Positions 33,074-42,277 of a stretch of 64,000 bases of DNA are shown piece after piece (the first letter of the stretch is position 1; each line of letters starts with the position of its first letter). Position numbers and translations under genes: made by a program. This DNA is from an uncultured Acidobacteriota bacterium (GTDB taxonomy: Bacteria > Acidobacteriota > Thermoanaerobaculia > UBA5066 > DATFVB01), in NCBI GenBank assembly GCA_963813155.1, contig CAWEYG010000005.1:75524-139523 (forward strand), in the 5' to 3' direction. Under the pieces are notes generated by a model. The model was not told where the DNA came from. It was given only the letters and a program-made list of their open reading frames with translations, and did no database searches.

Positions 33074-34195
33074 TCATCGAATGCCGAAAACCCAGTCGGC
33101 GACGTTGGTGCCCGTGATCCCCGGGCGAAACCGGTCGCCGAGTGTGTCGAAGAATGCGGCGGAATCGTGGCGAAGGAGAAAGTCCGGCGCCGAGAGCCGC
33201 AGCTTTCGCGCGCGGTCGATCGTCGTGCCGTCGGCGAAAGCGCCCGCGTTTCCCGAATTGCCGTCGATCCCGTCCGAGCCGCAGGCGAGCAACCCGGGCG
33301 CGCTTCCGGCGAGCTCCTGAGCGGCGGCGAGCGCGAACTCCTGGCTTCGCCCGCCGGTTCCGGAACGAGAAGGGCGCCGAACCGTCGTCTCTCCCCCCGC
33401 GAGGAGAACCCGGGGCGACCGGCGCGCGCAAAGCCGCGCGGCGAACGCCCGTCCCTGCGCGGCGGCCTCGCCCGAAAGGGAAACGCGCTCGATTCGCGCG
33501 GAGAGTCCGCGCGCGCGGGCGAAACGGGCGGCGGCCTCGAGTCCCGTCCGGTTCCCGGCGAGAAGCCACGTTCGGTCGCGCGGTTTGCGGCTGCTCACAG
33601 TCGGTCCCGAGCCGACGATGCGAAAGTCCCCTTCCGGCACGTCGGACAGAACGAGCGTCACGACGCGGGCCCGGGTCGCGTCGGCGAGCCTGCCCCCCTT
33701 CACGAGAGAGAGGGATGTTCGTAGCCGGTTGATTTGCTGAATCGGCCATCCTTTCTCCATCGCGCGCCGGATCCTTCGCTGTTTCTCTGCAAGGGTCACG
33801 CCGCGTCGCGGAAGGCAGAGGAGCGAGGAAGTTCCTCCCGAAACGAGGGCAAGCACGAGATCGCCCTCGTCGAAACGGCGAAAGAACCGGAGCGCCGCCT
33901 TCGCGGCGGCGAGGCTCTCCCGGTCGGGGTCCGGGTGGGAGGCAAAGCGGGTAAAACGCCGGAGACGGGGGAGAACGCGCGATCCGTGCGGGACGACGAT
34001 GAGCGCGTCGTGAAAAGTTTTTCGGGGGACGCCCGCGGCCATTCCGGCGGCAGCTTTTCCCGAAGCGAAAACGCCGATTCTCTCGCCCGAAAGATCGAGC
34101 TTTCCCGACCGGAAGAATTCGGCGACGAGCGCCTCCGGATCGACGGCGGAAAGCGCCGCTTTCCAGAGCTCGCGGAGCAGCCGCCGGCCTTCCAC
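33074..34195 (-). CDS. Glycerate 2-kinase (MOFRL family / hydroxypyruvate reductase TtuD-like); start uncertain (GTG 34195 or ATG 34255)
   Basis: LVSGGTSSLL...VLLAGGETTV...LACGSDGIDGNS motifs of the MOFRL glycerate kinase family. The ATG at 34255 would lie only 5 bp from the divergent gene's start. Confidence 0.65.
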   Translation of the reverse strand: MEGRRLLRELWKAALSAVDPEALVAEFFRSGKLDLSGERIGVFASGKAAAGMAAGVPRKTFHDALIVVPHGSRVLPRLRRFTRFASHPDPDRESLAAAKAALRFFRRFDEGDLVLALVSGGTSSLLCLPRRGVTLAEKQRRIRRAMEKGWPIQQINRLRTSLSLVKGGRLADATRARVVTLVLSDVPEGDFRIVGSGPTVSSRKPRDRTWLLAGNRTGLEAAARFARARGLSARIERVSLSGEAAAQGRAFAARLCARRSPRVLLAGGETTVRRPSRSGTGGRSQEFALAAAQELAGSAPGLLACGSDGIDGNSGNAGAFADGTTIDRARKLRLSAPDFLLRHDSAAFFDTLGDRFRPGITGTNVADWVFGIR

Positions 34196-34260
34196 TCCGG
34201 CATTCTCGCCGATTCGGTTCCCCGGCCGCGAGTTCTTGGGATTTCCGCTCTTCACGGATA

Positions 34261-35964
34261 ATGCCCACGATGACGCGGTTCCGGTGGCTCCCCGTGCTTC
34301 TCGCCGCTTTCGCCGCTTTTTGCGCGCCGGTCGAGAGGCACCGCCGCACGGCGCCGCTCGGGGAGCCGAAGGAAACCAACGGCATTCGGACGATGGGCAG
34401 CTCGTTCCTCCGGCGCCGGGGAGGCGTTTTCGAAGCTCGATTCGCCGGCGGTCCCTACGAGCGCGGCTACGCGAGGGGAAGGCTCCTCTACGACCAGATC
34501 GCGGCGGGCGAGAGAGACCTCGAGTTTCTGCTGGCCCGGATGGTCCCTTCCCCGTGGAAGCGCTGGGGTCTGCGCGAGATTCTCGCGTGGACGATGAGAA
34601 GATCGGACCGTTGGGTCGGAAGGGAACACGAAGAGGAAATCGCGGGAATGGCCGACGCGGAATTCCCCGACCCGGTTCCCGGAGCGTGGACGCCGTACGC
34701 GCGGCAATTCGCCCTGCACTTTCTTCACGATTTCACTCAGCGCTTCACCGACACGATGCCCCTCGCGGGCGCCTGCAGCGGTTTTGCGGCGGGCTCGGCG
34801 TCGACTGCAGACGGGCACGTGTACCTCGCGCGCGACTTCGACTTCGAAGCGGGTCCACAATTCGATCGCGAGAAGATTGTCGGAGCGGTCGTGCCCGACA
34901 CGGGTCACGCGTTCCTGTCGGTCAGCTTTGGCGGTCTGACGGGCGTCGTGTCCGGCTTCAACGACGCGGGCCTCGGTGTGTCCCTCCACGCCCTGACCGG
35001 CGGCCCGACGGCGGGCGCCGGGGAACCGTCGGCCCTCCTCGCCGCCGACGTTCTCCAGCGCGACACGACGGTGGACGAGGCGATCGCGAGGATTCGGGCG
35101 GCGCGCGTGCTCGTTTCCGACCTCTACCTGCTCGCCGACGCGTCCGGAGCTCTTGCCGTCGTCGAGAAGACGCCGCGCGCGACGGGAGTCCGGCGCGGCG
35201 CCGGCTGGATCTCCGCGACGAACCTCGCGCGAACCCCCGAAGTCGTCCGGCTCGTCGGGCGCTCTCCGTCCTATTCGACGGCCGCTTTCCGGCAGGCCCG
35301 TCTCGACGAGCTCCTCTCGGCCCGCGCGGGACGCCTCGACGCCGCCTCGGCTGTCGCGATCCTTCGCGACCGGAGAGCGGCGGGAGGCGCCAGCCTCGGA
35401 CCGGGGAACCGCAACGCGATCGATGCGTTGATCGCGTGCCACTCCGTCGTCTTCGATCTCACGGCTCGGCGGGCCTATGTGGCGACGGCGCCTCACACGC
35501 TGGGAGCCTACGCGGCGTTCGATCTGCCGCTGCTGGCCGCGGCCGCCCCGGAGGACCGGCGCTTCGAGAAGCTCGAGGCGGCTTCGATTCCCGCGGACCC
35601 GCTTCTGGACTCGGGAGAATACGCGCGGTACCGGCGCGCGAGGCAGCTCAACCGGATCGCCCGGGCGGAGCTGAGTCGCGGAAAGCCGGCGGACGCCGAG
35701 CGCGACGCGAGCTCCGCGCTGGGGTCCTCGCCCCATTTTCTCGAGGCGCTCGTCTGCCGCGGGGAAGCGCGCTGGCGGCTGGGAAAGAAGAGCGCGGCGG
35801 AGGCGGACTTCGACTCCGCTTCCCGCCTCTCTCCGGGTCCTCCCGACTTCGCGGCCCAGATCGACCGCGTCCGGCGGGAGCTGCGGGAGGGCCGGGCGCC
35901 GGGGCGGCTCGTTTCCTTTCCCCTTTCGCTCGAGGACCTCCTCGACGAAAATCAACGGCAATGA
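34261..35964 (+). CDS. C45-family Ntn-hydrolase (acyl-CoA:6-APA acyltransferase-like) peptidase with C-terminal TPR-like region; signal peptide
   Basis: Signal WLPVLLAAFAAFCAPV; autoproteolytic Cys motif MPLAGACSGFAAGSASTADGHVYLARDFDF; C-terminal helical repeats. Confidence 0.6.
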   Translation: MPTMTRFRWLPVLLAAFAAFCAPVERHRRTAPLGEPKETNGIRTMGSSFLRRRGGVFEARFAGGPYERGYARGRLLYDQIAAGERDLEFLLARMVPSPWKRWGLREILAWTMRRSDRWVGREHEEEIAGMADAEFPDPVPGAWTPYARQFALHFLHDFTQRFTDTMPLAGACSGFAAGSASTADGHVYLARDFDFEAGPQFDREKIVGAVVPDTGHAFLSVSFGGLTGVVSGFNDAGLGVSLHALTGGPTAGAGEPSALLAADVLQRDTTVDEAIARIRAARVLVSDLYLLADASGALAVVEKTPRATGVRRGAGWISATNLARTPEVVRLVGRSPSYSTAAFRQARLDELLSARAGRLDAASAVAILRDRRAAGGASLGPGNRNAIDALIACHSVVFDLTARRAYVATAPHTLGAYAAFDLPLLAAAAPEDRRFEKLEAASIPADPLLDSGEYARYRRARQLNRIARAELSRGKPADAERDASSALGSSPHFLEALVCRGEARWRLGKKSAAEADFDSASRLSPGPPDFAAQIDRVRRELREGRAPGRLVSFPLSLEDLLDENQRQ

Positions 35965-36653
35965 GTCGCCCGGAGCCGATTCTCGCCGGGAAAGGGCTTT
36001 CGAAAACGTACCGCCTCGGCCGCGAGCGGGTACGCGCGCTGCGCGGACTCGACGTGAACGTCTCGGCGGGAGAGTTCGCGGCGATCGAGGGGCCGTCGGG
36101 ATCGGGAAAGACGACGTTGCTGAACGTTCTCGGGCTCCTCGATTCGTCCGATTCGGGCACTCTCCGCATCGACGGCGAGGACACCGGGCCGCTCCCGGAG
36201 CCGCAGCGCTCCGCGATCCGGCTGCGGAGGTTTGGGTTCGTCTTCCAGACCTTCAACCTGATTCCGGTCCTGACAGCGCGGGAAAACGTCGAGTACCCGA
36301 TGGCCCTTTCGGGCGTCGCAAAGGCGCGGCGCCAGGACGCCGCCCGGGATCTCCTGCGGAGCGTCGGAATCGCGGAAAAGGAAGGCGTTCGACCCGATCT
36401 CCTTTCCGGCGGTCAGCGCCAGCGGGTGGCGATCGCCCGCGCGCTCGCGAATTCTCCGGAGATCGTGTTCGCGGACGAACCGACGGCGAACCTCGACAGC
36501 CATACGGCCGGCGAGATCCTCGACCTGATGTCCCGTTTGAACGAGGTCAACGGCGTCGCGTTTCTCTTCGCGACCCACGACCCGCGCGTCGTCGCGCGCG
36601 CGAAGAGGGTCCTCGTGCTTCGGGACGGAGAGATCGTGGAGGACCGGGCGTGA
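35961..36653 (+). CDS. ABC transporter ATP-binding protein (LolD/MacB-type)
   Basis: Walker A GPSGSGKTTLLN, signature LSGGQRQRVAIARAL, Walker B VFADEPTANLD; ATGA overlap with the upstream gene. Confidence 0.9.
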   Translation: MSRPEPILAGKGLSKTYRLGRERVRALRGLDVNVSAGEFAAIEGPSGSGKTTLLNVLGLLDSSDSGTLRIDGEDTGPLPEPQRSAIRLRRFGFVFQTFNLIPVLTARENVEYPMALSGVAKARRQDAARDLLRSVGIAEKEGVRPDLLSGGQRQRVAIARALANSPEIVFADEPTANLDSHTAGEILDLMSRLNEVNGVAFLFATHDPRVVARAKRVLVLRDGEIVEDRA

Positions 36654-37876
36654 ATCCCTGGGAATTCGCTCTCCGCAACGTCCTGCGCAACCGCCGGCGA
36701 AGCGTCCTCACCGCGGGCGTCGTGGTTTTCGGTTTCGCGGCCTTCGCCCTCGCCGGCGGTTTCATGTCGCAGACGTTCGACAGCTTGAGGCAGGGGACGA
36801 TCCGCGGCGGGGTCGGACAGATCCAGGTCGCGCAGCCGGAAACGTTTCGGGGCGCCGAAGACCGCACGCTGGAACACGGCATCGCCGACGCGGCCGCTGT
36901 GGAATCGGTTCTTCGGCGCGATCCCGACGTGGAGGCCGTTCTGCCGCGCATCGACTTCGTGGGCCTCGTGTCCAACGGTGCCCGGTCGATTCCCTATCTC
37001 GGCGTGGGATTCGATCCGAGGCCGGAAGCGACCGCGATGGATACGAAGGCGCTCGTCCAGGAAGGCCGGTGGTTCGCCTCTTCCGACGAAGCGGAAGTCC
37101 TGCTCGGAACAGGACTGGCGCTCGCCTTGCAGGTTCGTCCCGGCGGAACCGTGACGATGTTTGGCACCACTCCCGACGGGGTACTGAACGCGCTCGACGC
37201 GAACGTCGTCGGCCTCGTCGATCTTCCCGTCAAGGAGCTCAACGACCGTTACCTCGCGACGACCCTTCCTTCGGCTTCGCGGCTCCTCGGCGTGACCGGG
37301 GTCGTCTCCAAGCTCGTCGTCATGCTTCGGCCCGGCCGCGACGATCGGGCCGCGAAAGGGCGCCTGGAGGTCTCGCTCCGAAACATCCGCCCGCGGCTCG
37401 AGGTCAAGAGCTGGAGAGAGCTCGCGCTCTTCTACAACCAGGTGAAGCTCCTCTATGTCGGGATCTTCGGGTTCATGGGCGCGATTCTCGTCGTCGTGGT
37501 CCTGCTGGCCTGCGCGAACACGATGACCATGGCGACGACCGAGCGAATCCGCGAGATCGGCACGCTGCGTGCCATCGGCACGCCTCCGGCGACGATTCGC
37601 AAGATGTTCGTGGCGGAGGGTGTCGTGATCTCCTCGTTCGGCTGCCTCGCCGGGGCGGTTCTCGCGCTCGTCGTCCGAGCCGCGCTGAACTCTTCGGGAA
37701 TCGAGCTGCCACCCCCGCCGGGCGCGTCGCACGGAATGCCGATTCACGTCGCGTTCTACCCGGCGACCTACGCGGCCGGCCTCGTTGCAATGGTGTCGAC
37801 GCTTGCTCTTGCCTCGTACATCCCGGCGCGGCGAGCGTCGCGCGTTCCGATCGTCGAGGCCCTGGCGCATGTCTAG
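36650..37876 (+). CDS. ABC transporter permease, FtsX-like (LolC/E-type)
   Basis: N-terminal TM, large periplasmic domain, and C-terminal FtsX 3-TM bundle; 408 aa. Confidence 0.85.
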   Translation: MNPWEFALRNVLRNRRRSVLTAGVVVFGFAAFALAGGFMSQTFDSLRQGTIRGGVGQIQVAQPETFRGAEDRTLEHGIADAAAVESVLRRDPDVEAVLPRIDFVGLVSNGARSIPYLGVGFDPRPEATAMDTKALVQEGRWFASSDEAEVLLGTGLALALQVRPGGTVTMFGTTPDGVLNALDANVVGLVDLPVKELNDRYLATTLPSASRLLGVTGVVSKLVVMLRPGRDDRAAKGRLEVSLRNIRPRLEVKSWRELALFYNQVKLLYVGIFGFMGAILVVVVLLACANTMTMATTERIREIGTLRAIGTPPATIRKMFVAEGVVISSFGCLAGAVLALVVRAALNSSGIELPPPPGASHGMPIHVAFYPATYAAGLVAMVSTLALASYIPARRASRVPIVEALAHV

Positions 37877-38573
37877 GCTCTTCCTCGTCGTCGCCGCCCT
37901 GACCGCGCAGCAGATCCTCGAGCTCGCGGACGCGCCGAAGCGCGCCTTTCCCGAAGCGGCCATCCATGCCCGCGTCGTGGTTTCCGGCGACGCGGCGTCC
38001 CAGGTCCCCGCCGAATTCGATCTCTACAAGAAGGGGGACGACCGCGGTCTCGTCGTCTTCACGGCAGGGAAGCAGAAGGGAAGGAAGATTCTGACCGTCG
38101 GCGAGAAGTTCTGGATCCTCGTTCCCGGGGCCTCGCGCCCGATTCCGGTGACCGCGAATCAGCGGTTGATGGGAGGAGCCGCTCTCGGCGACGTCGCGAA
38201 GCTCCGTTTTTCCAGCGAGTTTGCGGCCACGATCGAGCCCGGGCCCGATTCAGTCGGCGGCTTGACCTGCGACGTGCTGGACCTGAAGGCGAAGGATTCT
38301 CGCTCCTCCTACGGCTCCGGCCGCCTCTGGGTCGACCGGCAGGAGCGCCTCGCGCGCAAGGCCGTTCTCAACCTCGTCTCCGGAAAGCCGGCCAAAGAGA
38401 TCCTCTTCGAGCGCTACGGGAAGGAGAATGGCAAGACGGTGCTGCTCACGATGGCGATCCGCGACCTGCTGGCGGGTCCGGCCGGCACCGTGACGCGCCT
38501 GGAATATTCGAACTACCGGGTAGCGAAGATCGACGATTCTTTCTTCACGCCGGAAGGCGCGCTCAAGTTCTAG
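37869..38573 (+). CDS. Outer-membrane lipoprotein-sorting (LolA-like) protein
   Basis: Signal peptide MSRLFLVVAALTAQ; ~230 aa; overlaps the stop of the permease gene. Confidence 0.6.
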   Translation: MSRLFLVVAALTAQQILELADAPKRAFPEAAIHARVVVSGDAASQVPAEFDLYKKGDDRGLVVFTAGKQKGRKILTVGEKFWILVPGASRPIPVTANQRLMGGAALGDVAKLRFSSEFAATIEPGPDSVGGLTCDVLDLKAKDSRSSYGSGRLWVDRQERLARKAVLNLVSGKPAKEILFERYGKENGKTVLLTMAIRDLLAGPAGTVTRLEYSNYRVAKIDDSFFTPEGALKF

Positions 38574-38626
38574 GTTGCCTCCGCCCGGGTTGGGCTCAAC
38601 CGCCGCGCAAGCGGAGCTTCCGCGAT

Positions 38627-39028
38627 CTACTCCTCCGGCAGCTCGTGTTCTTCTTCGACGATTCGCTCGACTCCGGGCGAGGTGAACTCCAGGATGAGCT
38701 CGGGCAGAGTTTCGGAGAATTGTGAGCGGGGGAGAACCCGATCGACGCCCTGGGCCTTCGATTCGTCGGCGAGCTTCTTGTCGACGTGCGAAAGGAATCC
38801 CACGACCGGGACCCCCCGGGTCTTCGCGCCCTGTTTCAGGCGCGCGATCACCGGAAGCGCCGCGTCGGAGAGCTCCACGAAAACCGCGGCCGGCTCGTCC
38901 GCGCACGCTTTCGAGAGGTCGTCCAGGCGCGCGACGAATTCCACGGGAATGTTCAAATTTCGGGCGGCCGCGTCGATCTTGGCGCGGAACATGAGATCTT
39001 CCACATGGGCGACGATTCTCTTTTGCAT
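38627..39028 (-). CDS. Response-regulator receiver-like domain protein (stand-alone, CheY-like)
   Basis: 133-aa protein MQKRIVAHVEDLMFRAKIDAAARNLNIPVEFVARLDDL...AAVFVELSD...VVGFLSHVD, with a beta-alpha layout typical of receiver domains. Confidence 0.5.
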   Translation of the reverse strand: MQKRIVAHVEDLMFRAKIDAAARNLNIPVEFVARLDDLSKACADEPAAVFVELSDAALPVIARLKQGAKTRGVPVVGFLSHVDKKLADESKAQGVDRVLPRSQFSETLPELILEFTSPGVERIVEEEHELPEE

Positions 39029-39045
39029 GGTTCTTGGGATTGATT

Positions 39046-40137
39046 CTAGAACGTTTTGACGAGATCGAACAGGTATCGGTTCAAATAATGCGATCGATCC
39101 TGCCGCCGCTGAAAGACGACGGAAGGCCGAATCTCGACGCCCGCGACCACCGTGTAGGCGATTCCCACGCGGTGTCCGACGTACCAGGAGTGAAACCACC
39201 AGTCGTCCGTGTTGTAGGCACCGACGACGGCGTCGCGGTCGACGTACTGGTAGATCTCGAAGGCCTGGAAATCTCCCCGGTCGCCTTCCCGCCCGACCCG
39301 AATCGCGGCCTCGAATCCGTCCCTGTACGCGTTTTCGCTCGCCGCGAGATTTCGCGTCCAGTCGAGCGACAGGGCTACCGGAACCTTGGCGACACCGAAC
39401 CGGACCCTGGCCAGTGAATCGACGATTCGGAAATCGTCCAGATATGCCGGCGCGGCGGCGGAGGTCACGTTCTGGCGGAGGAAATGCAGCGCGGTCTTCT
39501 GAAGATGAGTGAACCTCCAGTAACTCTCCGACCAGTCGAGCGCGAAAGAATCGGCGTCTCCGAAGGCCCACGTCACCTGGCCCGCTCCGATGTGGGAATC
39601 GTCGTGTTCACGCTGAGGGCCGTAAAAAAAACCTCCGGCGATGCTGACCGAGGACGTCGCCGAGAAGGCAATCCGCCACGCCGCCGATCCGCCGAGCACC
39701 TGGACGTCGTGGTCCCACAACATTTCGGTCGCCCGCAGGGGCATGCCGAACTTGCCCGCGGTGATCGTGAAATTCCCCGGCCGCGCCTCGAGGAAGGCGC
39801 GGTCGAGCGCGGCGTTGTTCGACCGGTAATTGTCCAGCAGCCGGTCGTTGGTGGCGTTGGAGTCCGACGAAAGCTCGCCGAGGAGACGGACGCCCAGGCG
39901 AAAACGATCGGAAGCGCGCCAGTCGAGCTCCGGCCGGACTTCCGATCGCCAGCGGTAGATGTTGGGCGCCGGCGCCTGCCGGGCAAGCTGGATGTCGTCG
40001 TATCGAAGGAGCGCGTCCCAGCGAAACTCGAACCCCTCCGTGGACGTCGGGGCTTCATAATGCGGCTCGGCTTCCTGTCCTGAGAGGCGGGTCGCGAAGG
40101 CGACGATGAGGAAAAGGACGGCCGGGCGAACCCTCAC
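39046..40137 (-). CDS. Outer-membrane beta-barrel protein (putative porin) with signal peptide
   Basis: Signal MRVRPAVLFLIVAFATRLSG; alternating amphipathic beta strands; C-terminal ...YLFDLVKTF; GTGA overlap with the kinase gene stop. Confidence 0.6.
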   Translation of the reverse strand: MRVRPAVLFLIVAFATRLSGQEAEPHYEAPTSTEGFEFRWDALLRYDDIQLARQAPAPNIYRWRSEVRPELDWRASDRFRLGVRLLGELSSDSNATNDRLLDNYRSNNAALDRAFLEARPGNFTITAGKFGMPLRATEMLWDHDVQVLGGSAAWRIAFSATSSVSIAGGFFYGPQREHDDSHIGAGQVTWAFGDADSFALDWSESYWRFTHLQKTALHFLRQNVTSAAAPAYLDDFRIVDSLARVRFGVAKVPVALSLDWTRNLAASENAYRDGFEAAIRVGREGDRGDFQAFEIYQYVDRDAVVGAYNTDDWWFHSWYVGHRVGIAYTVVAGVEIRPSVVFQRRQDRSHYLNRYLFDLVKTF

Positions 40138-42275
40138 GCCGTCACTTCCGAAAGCTCCTTGTTCATCTCGGCGATGGACTGATATCGCTGATCGGGATCC
40201 TTCTCGATCGCTTTCATCACGATCTTTGCGATGCGGGGATCGATTTCGGGATATCTCGTTTCGATCGCCGGGGGTTTTTCCTGGATGTGTTTGAGAACCA
40301 CGCCGAGGGCCGAGTCCCCCTCGAATGGCAGCGTTCCGGAGAAGAGCTCGTAGAACACGATCCCGGCCGAATAGATGTCGGTCCGATGATCGAGAGTGCC
40401 CCCTTTCGCCTGCTCCGGCGAGATGTAGTCCGGCGTTCCGACGACCATCCCGGTCGCGGTCATTCCCTTGTCCTGGGAAAGCCGCGCGATGCCGAAATCC
40501 ATGATCTTCAACCCGCCGTTGGGTTCGATCAGAATGTTCTGCGGCTTGATGTCTCGGTGAATGACGCCCGCGGCGTGCGCGGCCCCCAGTCCTCCGCAGA
40601 TCTGCTTCGCGATCCGGAGCGCGGCCCCGACCGGCAGCCGGCGGTTCTGGTTGAGCAGGTGCTTGAGCGTGATTCCGCGCACATACTCCATCGACAGGTA
40701 GCGAAGGCCGTCCGATTCCCCGAAATCGTGCGTCCGCAGGACGTTTCGGTGGGTGATTTTCCGCGCGAGACGGATCTCCTGCTTGAAACGGTCGATGAGC
40801 GTCGCGTCGTGGGCGAGAGCCTCGTTTCGGAGCACCTTGATCGCGACCGCGTCGTCCAGCGTGCGATCGTGGGCCTTGTAAACGATTCCCATGCCTCCCG
40901 CGCCGAGCTCCGATTCGATGTCGTAGCGGCCCGCGAAGAGAGCACCGACTCGGGGCGCGTGGCCGCCGGCCGCCGAGGACGCCGGCACGGTGGCCGCCAT
41001 CGCGACGGTCTTCTGCGGCGCGATTCCCCCCATCGTCAGGGAAGCAAGCTGCTTTTCGAGCTCCGCCTTCTCCTTGAGCTCCTCGATCATCATTCGGAAG
41101 GATCGAGCGAGGATTCCGATCTCGTCTTTCTGCTCGACCGGCAACGGCACGTCGTAGTTCCCGTCGCGGACCGCGTCCGTCGCGGCCACCATTTCGCCGA
41201 TCGGTCCCGTCATGCGCCGGGCGAGGATGTAGGAAACGAGAAAGGCCACGAGGAGAGCGCCGAACCCGACGATCAGGAGGGTCTTTTCGATCTCGCGAAA
41301 GGCCGCGAGCTCGCGGGACAGCGGGCGCACCGTGACGACGGATCCGACGACGAGGCCCGAGGCGAGCCGCAACGGCCAGGCGAGGGCCAGGTAAGTGTCC
41401 TCTCCCGTGTCGATCGACAGCGGCCCGGCGACTCTTCCGTGCTGGAGGACCGCGGACACGAGATCTTTTCGGGACTCGAGCGTTCGAAAAAACGGTTTCG
41501 TCGCGATTCCGAGCGTCGAGGCGGCGACCTGGATGCGGGGCTCCTGCGACGGCTGGCTCAGGTTCGCCAGGAAGACCGCGTCGGTCGACGAAACGTCCCG
41601 AAAATTCTCGGCCACCTTGTCATCGATCGCGAAGCAGGCAACCAGGACCCCGAGCGTTTCGGCTTCCCTTCCCTCGCCCGAGACGACCGGGGCGGCGACG
41701 GCATGGTAGAGCTTTCCGTCGGAATACCAGATGCCCTGAGTCTCGGCCCCCTCGAGCGCCTTGCGGACGAGCGCCGAATCCGAAATGTCGTGCCGCCACT
41801 CCCTCTTGTCGCTCCGGACGATCGAGATTCCGCGGGGATCGGTGACGATCAGGAAATCGGCGCCGGTCGCGGAGGCCTGGTCTTCCTTCAGGCTGTTGAA
41901 GATCGTGGCGGCGTCCCCCTCGTGGACGAGCGCTTTGAACCCGGAGTTGTCCACGACGGGACGCAGGGCCCGGTGGAGCTTCTCGTAGCGGTCTTCCTGG
42001 AAATTGTCGTAGGAATCCTTCGCGCGCGAAAGCGCCTTCCGGCTCGACTGTTCCGCGATCGACCGCACGCGATAGCTCGAAACCTCGACGGCGGTGCCGA
42101 GCGCGAGAAACACGAGCGCCGCGACGGCGAGAAAGATCTTGATCGTCAGCGAGAATTTCGGCTTCTCCGAGCGGACGGGAGGTTCGGGCACCGGTACGGC
42201 GCTGGTCATCGCCGCCGAGGCGGTTCCGGCGCCGATACGGGTCGTTTTCTGCGGATTGACCGTGGGTCCGGCCAT
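40134..42275 (-). CDS. Transmembrane sensor Ser/Thr protein kinase with periplasmic sensor domain and HAMP domain
   Basis: TM1 FSLTIKIFLAVAALVFLALG, ~330-aa periplasmic domain, TM2 LLIVGFGALLVAFLVSYILA, HAMP RRMTGPIGEMV...RSFRMMIEELKEK, kinase motifs GAGGMGIVYKA...AIKVL...HRDIKPQNIL...DFGIA...GTPDYISPE. Confidence 0.88.
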   Translation of the reverse strand: MAGPTVNPQKTTRIGAGTASAAMTSAVPVPEPPVRSEKPKFSLTIKIFLAVAALVFLALGTAVEVSSYRVRSIAEQSSRKALSRAKDSYDNFQEDRYEKLHRALRPVVDNSGFKALVHEGDAATIFNSLKEDQASATGADFLIVTDPRGISIVRSDKREWRHDISDSALVRKALEGAETQGIWYSDGKLYHAVAAPVVSGEGREAETLGVLVACFAIDDKVAENFRDVSSTDAVFLANLSQPSQEPRIQVAASTLGIATKPFFRTLESRKDLVSAVLQHGRVAGPLSIDTGEDTYLALAWPLRLASGLVVGSVVTVRPLSRELAAFREIEKTLLIVGFGALLVAFLVSYILARRMTGPIGEMVAATDAVRDGNYDVPLPVEQKDEIGILARSFRMMIEELKEKAELEKQLASLTMGGIAPQKTVAMAATVPASSAAGGHAPRVGALFAGRYDIESELGAGGMGIVYKAHDRTLDDAVAIKVLRNEALAHDATLIDRFKQEIRLARKITHRNVLRTHDFGESDGLRYLSMEYVRGITLKHLLNQNRRLPVGAALRIAKQICGGLGAAHAAGVIHRDIKPQNILIEPNGGLKIMDFGIARLSQDKGMTATGMVVGTPDYISPEQAKGGTLDHRTDIYSAGIVFYELFSGTLPFEGDSALGVVLKHIQEKPPAIETRYPEIDPRIAKIVMKAIEKDPDQRYQSIAEMNKELSEVTA

Positions 42276-42277
42276 CG

